Source: Epithemia pelagica (lineage: Eukaryota; Protista; Bacillariophyta). Taken from it: a stretch of 64,000 nt of DNA. A program made the position numbers and the translations under genes. The notes under the pieces were generated by a model. The model was not told where the DNA came from. It saw only the letters and a program-made list of their open reading frames with translations, and searched no databases. The stretch is taken from NCBI GenBank assembly GCA_946965045.2, contig OX337239.1, positions 620,001 through 684,000 on the forward strand, given 5' to 3'. How positions within the stretch are numbered: the first letter of the stretch is position 1; each line of letters opens with the position of its first letter. This document shows, piece after piece, positions 58,096-64,000 of the stretch.

Positions 58096-59196
58096 AAAAG
58101 GAAGGGAAGGCTGTGAGAGTGGGTTTTTTGGCCCGTCTCATGCAACATGCAAGTACAAAGGTAGTAGGTGATTTTCTTCGGGAGACCGTTGGAAGAGGGG
58201 ACAGTTGATACACGTGCCTTGACACGTGCCTGGAGCGGCAGCATGGGGTGCTGACAGGCGTGGGAATGCAGATGGGGTCAGTTCTTATGCGACTGAAAGC
58301 GACCAAAAAACTGGGTGTGGTTAATCGGGGATCTCATGTCTCATTACAACAAACTGCTGCACCTTTTCACTTTTTGGACAAATAATATATCATGAATATA
58401 GATCATGAATTGTATGCTTTGTGCTTTGTCGTCGGTATACATCTTGCTATGATCTCTGGGTTCTTGTTAAAAGTGTTATGGATTGTCGAAGACCTTGACA
58501 AAATTGACAAAAAATAATAATGTCAAACGATCTGGAATCTGGACGATTCGTCATGGTCGGGAAAAGGCTTTAGTCTGAAAGGATACGAGTGAGGTCATAG
58601 TCATTGATAAAGTCATTTAAGTACGAGAGTAGGAGATCAAGAATGTTATTGGGCTTATGCTCATGAGAAAGTGGTAGGGTCCTTTCATATGATTGTGGTT
58701 TGTGATGACTGATGACTCATCTTCTGTTGCCGATGTTATCAAAAAGTAAAAACTGTCTTGGGTCTCGGGCGTCTGGATTAGACATTCCAAGTTATGGGGA
58801 TGTTGTTGAATTTTCCACAGCCGATTGTCGATCTCTTGTTTGCCGATGATTCACTGTTTGAGCACAATATTCCTACTTCTACCTCTATTGTCAATTGAGA
58901 AGCGGGCTTGTTCGATTTCCTCCAAAGAGCATTGTTAGCAAGGTCACAATGACCAGATGGTTCCAGAGAACACTTCTGGGTTTCTCCTTCTCTTTTGTCT
59001 TTTGCCGAGCTTTTGCGATTTGCGAACTTGGACTCAGAGTGGTATCACTCCTTTGAGGTTTTGAGAGTTGAGACCCATCATGACCAGCACACAGCGTCAA
59101 CAACCTGAACCGGTCTCATAAAATCTGCTTTTTGCAGTTTGCAGTTTTCGAAGCACCAATACGACCAACGTTAAGTTGCATCCATACAAACCGAAG

Positions 59197-59829
59197 ATGA
59201 AGTTGTTTTCCAACGTCCGACGATCGAAAGACACGAAACAAAATGGGGAAGTGATCGTTGACGATCAGCAACCGCATTTGTCTTCAAGTAATGCGTTGAG
59301 AATGGGTGTTACACAGACCATAACAGAAGTTCAAGAATCGCTCAACAACGATCAAGTCCAAGACAGCCAAGAAGAAAATCGAAGCAGCACCCATGTCGAC
59401 AGAAGTGACAGTCGTCTCGAGAATACACCCATGTCGATCCAAGAACCAAGTTACACTCCACCCGCGTCTGCAGATGCCATTGTCAACCTTCCTAATCTAT
59501 GCGTGTACTCCCACAACAAGGAGAAGATAGAGCGGACCTTGAACGGTTTGGAGTGTGGTGTTTGTTTTGATCCCCTGTCAGAAGGGGTGGCCATTACAAG
59601 ACTACCATGCGGACACATGTATCATGTGAACTGTATCATCGGTTGGTTGCTGCAGAACTGTACATGCCCAGAATGTCGGTATGAACTCCCGACAAACGAC
59701 AAGCTCTATGAAATCGGAAGACAGAAACGCATGAAGAATCGTGTTGAGCAATCCTGTTCGTGTCGACCTCCCTATCACGATTGCTTCCTTCTCCCAAAGA
59801 CTGACATGACGAATGAAAATGACAGTTAG
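59197..59829 (+). CDS. RING-H2 zinc-finger protein (putative E3 ubiquitin ligase)
   Basis: CGVCFDPL...LPCGHMYHVNCIIGWL...CPECRYELPT (C3H2C3 spacing). Confidence 0.9.
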   Translation: MKLFSNVRRSKDTKQNGEVIVDDQQPHLSSSNALRMGVTQTITEVQESLNNDQVQDSQEENRSSTHVDRSDSRLENTPMSIQEPSYTPPASADAIVNLPNLCVYSHNKEKIERTLNGLECGVCFDPLSEGVAITRLPCGHMYHVNCIIGWLLQNCTCPECRYELPTNDKLYEIGRQKRMKNRVEQSCSCRPPYHDCFLLPKTDMTNENDS

Positions 59830-60099
59830 GGTGCCGATTGACAAACCAGGGCTATCTTATAGCGACGGATGGGAAACGACTGCATAACTTTTTGCTACAA
59901 CTATCACTATAATTGTCGTACTAGTATATTCTTCTTTTATATTAAGAAACTCCTCTAGTCTCCAAATTTGATGACATCCTTATCCCTAAGCGCGACTATA
60001 TGTCGCACTGCGGCTCCACTATCACGTGAGGCATCCGAACTCTGAACCTCCTAGGAGTAGAAGTGACTACTCTTATGCTTCTAACATTGTGTTTTCTAT

Positions 60100-61329
60100 T
60101 TATTCTTTCCTAGGTATTAATCTGACAACATGTTCACCCTCCAACGATCCCTCCAACGATCCTAAGAACAAATCATGATCATATTCATAACCCCCATCCA
60201 TTGCGTCGTGGACCATGTCATAGTTGGAACCCACACTGCTCAAGTCGCTGGAGCTGTCATCGTCCCAGTCACTTTCATCATCATCGTCGTCGTCGAGCGT
60301 GGTAATGGTGTCGGCCACGGTTTCCTCGTCTTCTCCTCGATTCGCAATCTCGGACATTACCCGTGCTTCCCTCGGACTCAACGCACCCTTGGCTACCATT
60401 TGGATTAGTTCCACTGATAGAGGTTCCAGTTTCATCAAAGATGCACTGATCGGCGCGGATACTGATAAAGGCGATATGCCCCTGCTCTCGTTCTGTGGAT
60501 GGACCAACAAGAGTTTATTGGTCACAGGGTTGGCATGATTATCAGCACAATGCATCGGCGGGAACATGCTGTCCATGTGTGCATCGAGCCAGTCTTTCCA
60601 TTGCTTCACGTGGTCCTTGTCTACGCAGGATAGGGGCAAGGCACCACGAGAATCTTTGAGAAACCACATGCAACGATCGCAGTCCACTGTGAGTTGGTGG
60701 ACAATGTCCAGAGCCGGTTGTGCTGCACCAGTCCAACAGGCATCATGTAGGGGTGTCCTTCCATAGTCATCGCAAATTTGCAAGGCGGCCCCGGCATGGA
60801 CCATGAGATTTAACAGTTCGGTATAACCACGACGACAGGCCATGTGGACCAAGGATTCGCCGTAGGCATTACAGGGGTTGGGCGAGAGTCCTGTAACCGT
60901 CAAGGCCTCATACATTCCTGAAATATTGTTGGTTTTAACAAGTTCCAACACTTTTGGCCCATAGCTGGCGAGTTGGAGCTCGGTCGGTCGATGGTAGTAT
61001 CCCGTGGAAAGCGTGTCGTATGTTCGGACATTATGATATCCTCGTTCTCGTAGTAGGCTGTCGAAATAGTCTTGTAATTCGCTTGCCGATGTCGGTTTGT
61101 GTACCTGACGTGTACTTATCGCAGAGTTTCGTTCCTCTTGAGCATTTTCGTTGCTGTTCCTGTTGACTTGACTTGTGTGATGGGTTGAATCCTCTGAAGC
61201 AGTCCGACAATTCTGAATGAACAAGGCTTGAAGGGAGGCTGGCACTCGTCCTTTTTGACGCAATGAAGTGGATGTATCTTCGCGACTCGGGCGCATGTGT
61301 TCATTACCCACAACTGCTCTTGCTTCCAT
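60100..61329 (-). CDS. Ankyrin-repeat protein
   Basis: GLSPNPCNAYGESLVHMACRRG, CDDYGRTPLHDACW, DSRGALPLS; acidic tail. Confidence 0.9.
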   Translation of the reverse strand: MEARAVVGNEHMRPSREDTSTSLRQKGRVPASLQALFIQNCRTASEDSTHHTSQVNRNSNENAQEERNSAISTRQVHKPTSASELQDYFDSLLRERGYHNVRTYDTLSTGYYHRPTELQLASYGPKVLELVKTNNISGMYEALTVTGLSPNPCNAYGESLVHMACRRGYTELLNLMVHAGAALQICDDYGRTPLHDACWTGAAQPALDIVHQLTVDCDRCMWFLKDSRGALPLSCVDKDHVKQWKDWLDAHMDSMFPPMHCADNHANPVTNKLLLVHPQNESRGISPLSVSAPISASLMKLEPLSVELIQMVAKGALSPREARVMSEIANRGEDEETVADTITTLDDDDDDESDWDDDSSSDLSSVGSNYDMVHDAMDGGYEYDHDLFLGSLEGSLEGEHVVRLIPRKE

Positions 61330-62942
61330 TGTTCGTCCCCTTTCGTAATCCTTTTTATATTTCCGATGGAGGTTTCACTTTATGAGAATTTGATGTCAAA
61401 CAGACTTTGTTTTGAGCTTTGTGGTGTGACGAATGACGAAAGCATTTTGTGAAACGAGGTCGGAGAAACGTGGCATGGGCAAAGGGCATAGATCACAGAG
61501 TACTATTACTCGTACACTGATTATATTCTCGAGATTGTTAAGTGTTTGGCTTTGTCACCCGCGTGACAACTCAGATTTTGGTTGCGCTGGTTCCAGGCAT
61601 GCGTTTCTCTCGAGCGAGCGACTGCCACAAGAGCAACCCAAAGCGAGCAAGAAGAACGACGGGGCCAGAAACCATTCCTCAGATTCCAAAGGATTCCCGC
61701 CAGATCACAGATCATGCAACACACTTTGGCAAAGCCGAGTCTTGCGTCTCGTCAGCACACTGGGTACGACTTTTTCATCGCTGGGCTTCCATGCAGTGCC
61801 GTCTCCTGCACACGTACTTTTGAAATCCAGTCTTGTGATTCGGAACCACACAGACAATCTTGGACCAAGACTGCATGCCGCCCTGCGAGATCGTTGAATA
61901 ACTGGGAAGGCAATTCGCCACCTGGTGGTTTTGTGTGTGGCTCGCGGCTACACCCTCATGGCACGAATCCATCCATCACCGTACCCTATAAAGAATGTAG
62001 AATATTGAGTTGCTGGTAGAGAAACTATTCCAAGGATACAAGTTACAGACAACAGAATCACACGCCAACCATGGAGATGGATTGCAATAGCACAGGTTAC
62101 TGGTGCTTTCGTATGAGAGTCCAAAATAGAAAGAGACAAGTTCTATCTACTAGGCTAGGGACACACGCCGACTGCAATTTTATTTTATTTCATGAATTCA
62201 GGATGAAGACGAAGAAGAAAGGCTTGGTCATGTCCCTCCCTGTTGAGAGAGTAGGAGTGGTAACATGGTGATGGACAAGGAATGAAACTCTAGGAGAACC
62301 TACCTACCTATCAAGAAAGGTAAAGGTGCAATGGTGTGGTGCGTCTTTCTTCCAATTTGTGAGGGGACGTTGGGGGATGAGAAGCGGTGTTAGGATTCTA
62401 TTGATTCTGGTAGGGATCTATCATGAATTCTAGATCGCGCCAGAAGACCTCATGACCACGTACGTGGTTGTCGGGAATTCTCCGAAGCCCAAGTAGAATC
62501 CTTTTACCCTACCAATATCCAGGTCGGCATGGCAACTCGCCACATCAGTCGCAGTCGCGGAAAGCGGCCACGTCTGTGATCGACTGTCACTGTTACAGTA
62601 CACAAACATCTGGGACTGATGCCCACGATTTGCCAAAAAATCTCAAGACGTCTTTCGGTAGTGGGCGCCACGTTGTCTTGGACGATGGGGCCTGCAAAAC
62701 GTGTGTGTGTGTGTGTGTTGTTTGTGCGAACCGGTTCATCTGTTTCGTGACACTCCCAGCAAGAGTCAGTATTGAGACCAGAGAGCCGTTCGGGAAAAAG
62801 GTGCTTTGAAGTGACACAAAAAGTCAATCCACAATCCACAATCCACTCTTTTGGTTGTCGCTTCGCTTGATCCATTAAGCCATAGATCCGTGTCAAACGT
62901 CTCTCGATCCTCGTGTCGCCTGGAGCCGCCACATCTCTCAAC

Positions 62943-64000
62943 ATGACAACCACCATGTCGCACCCCAAATCCAAGACCGATTCTGCTGAAATTTCCGCCA
63001 TGTGCAACAAGACCAGCCGTATTCCCTTGTCGGTTCAATCACTATTCCTTCAGTGCAATCTCGACGAGCCAACGGTAGACAACCACGAAGAACAACCACA
63101 AGAAGCACCTCAATCGTTGGCCCAAGAAATCAGCTCATCGACGGTAAGCTTGCCTTGGTTCGTTTCCTTTGGAGTGGTGTTGTCATGTCTCTTTCCACTC
63201 AATCATCCATTTCTCGTCCCTTCTTTGTGACTCTATCAACAGGCTAGTCCTCGTCCATCGACTTGCACCTCGACCTGTACCTTGCATGACTTTTTGGTTC
63301 AATTGTTGGAAGAACGTGGCTACACGGCACTTCCCACTTACGATACCTTGAAGACGAGCTACTACAGTCCTCCCACGGCCTGGCAATTGGCGAGTCATGG
63401 TCCCAAGGTTGCCGAAATGCTCAAAACCAACGACGTGGTGGGCATGTGCGAAGCCTTGGCCGTGGCTGGTTTGTCGCCCAATCCTTGCAATTCGTACGGC
63501 GAATCCTTGGTCCACATGGCCTGTCGTCGAGGACACGTGGTCTTGTTGCAACTCATGGTGGACGCGGGGGCCAGTTTGCAAATTTGCGACGATTATGGCC
63601 GCACACCCTTGCACGATGCCTGTTGGGCCGCCCAACCAGCCTTTGACATTGTGAAACGACTCACCTTGGATTGCGATCGAGCCATGTGGTTCCTCCGAGA
63701 TACCCGCGGATCCCTGCCCCTCTCCTATGTCCACAAGGATCATGAAGCGGAATGGAAATCGTGGATGGAGGCCAATATCGATGCCATGTTCCCCGCCTTG
63801 TCAACCAATGGCGAGGATGCTTGCCAAACGGTGATTCAAGAAATGGCACGGCAATTGTTCCAATCGGACGACATTCCACCACCTCCACAAGATGGTAGAC
63901 ATGTCGTCGTGGTCAAGAAACCGGTGGAATCCGCCAATGTTTCCTTGGAACTCATCAAAATGGTGGCCAATGGCAAAATGACGCCGTCCGAAGCCCGTCT
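62943..64000 (+). CDS. Ankyrin-repeat protein, paralogue of 60100-61329; exons 62943-63143 and 63243 to beyond the window end
   Basis: Intron 63144-63242 (GTAAG...AACAG). Exon 2 translates as LEERGY..YDTLKTSYY.PPTAWQLASHGPKV...GLSPNPCNSYGESLVHMACRRG...CDDYGRTPLHDACW. It is absent from the ORF track because there is no stop within the window. Confidence 0.9.

Larger units (their letters stand above)
56493..58330 (+). mobile_element. Degenerate DNA transposon with ~23-bp TIRs, carrying a possible transposase N-terminal remnant, a nested MITE and a tandem array
   Basis: CCCGATTAAACACACCCAGTTTTT (56493) is inverted as AAAAAACTGGGTGTGGTTAATCGGG (about 58305-58329). Internal ORF remnant 57159-57545 (..KYAYFDRSTYPP..). 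TSD is ambiguous (CTCAT possible). Confidence 0.55.

Noticed and set aside
1-64000. tRNA, rRNA, snRNA genes and telomeric arrays
   Set aside because: No cloverleaf/T-loop consensus, rRNA-conserved segments or tandem TTAGGG-type repeats were recognised by eye; a tRNAscan/Infernal run would be needed to exclude them fully.

Overview
Eukaryotic nuclear DNA, most likely a pennate diatom. The basis is an Lhcf-type FCP fragment, a diatom-type GPCR, a GT48 glucan synthase fragment and short GT-AG introns. No rRNA, tRNA or CRISPR array was recognised. Apparently intact genes: a 7TM GPCR, a GT60 GlcNAc-transferase, an AlkB-type dioxygenase fused to an SRA-like domain, an acyltransferase-like/PAP2 phosphatase fusion, three divergent DUF3727-like paralogues, mitochondrial ribosomal protein bL35, two RVxF-motif proteins, a BASS/SLC10 symporter, a RING-H2 protein and two divergent ankyrin paralogues. 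A pectin-acetylesterase/Notum-like ectodomain is fused to an ABCG half-transporter but is interrupted by one in-frame TAG. The window also holds much rearranged material: MFS, kelch, kinase-like, glucan synthase and Lhcf pseudogene fragments, a cytochrome b insert, two ~1-kb local duplications with chimeric junctions, four non-autonomous TIR elements and a 178-bp ABAB tandem array. All family assignments come from motif recognition by eye; no database search was run.
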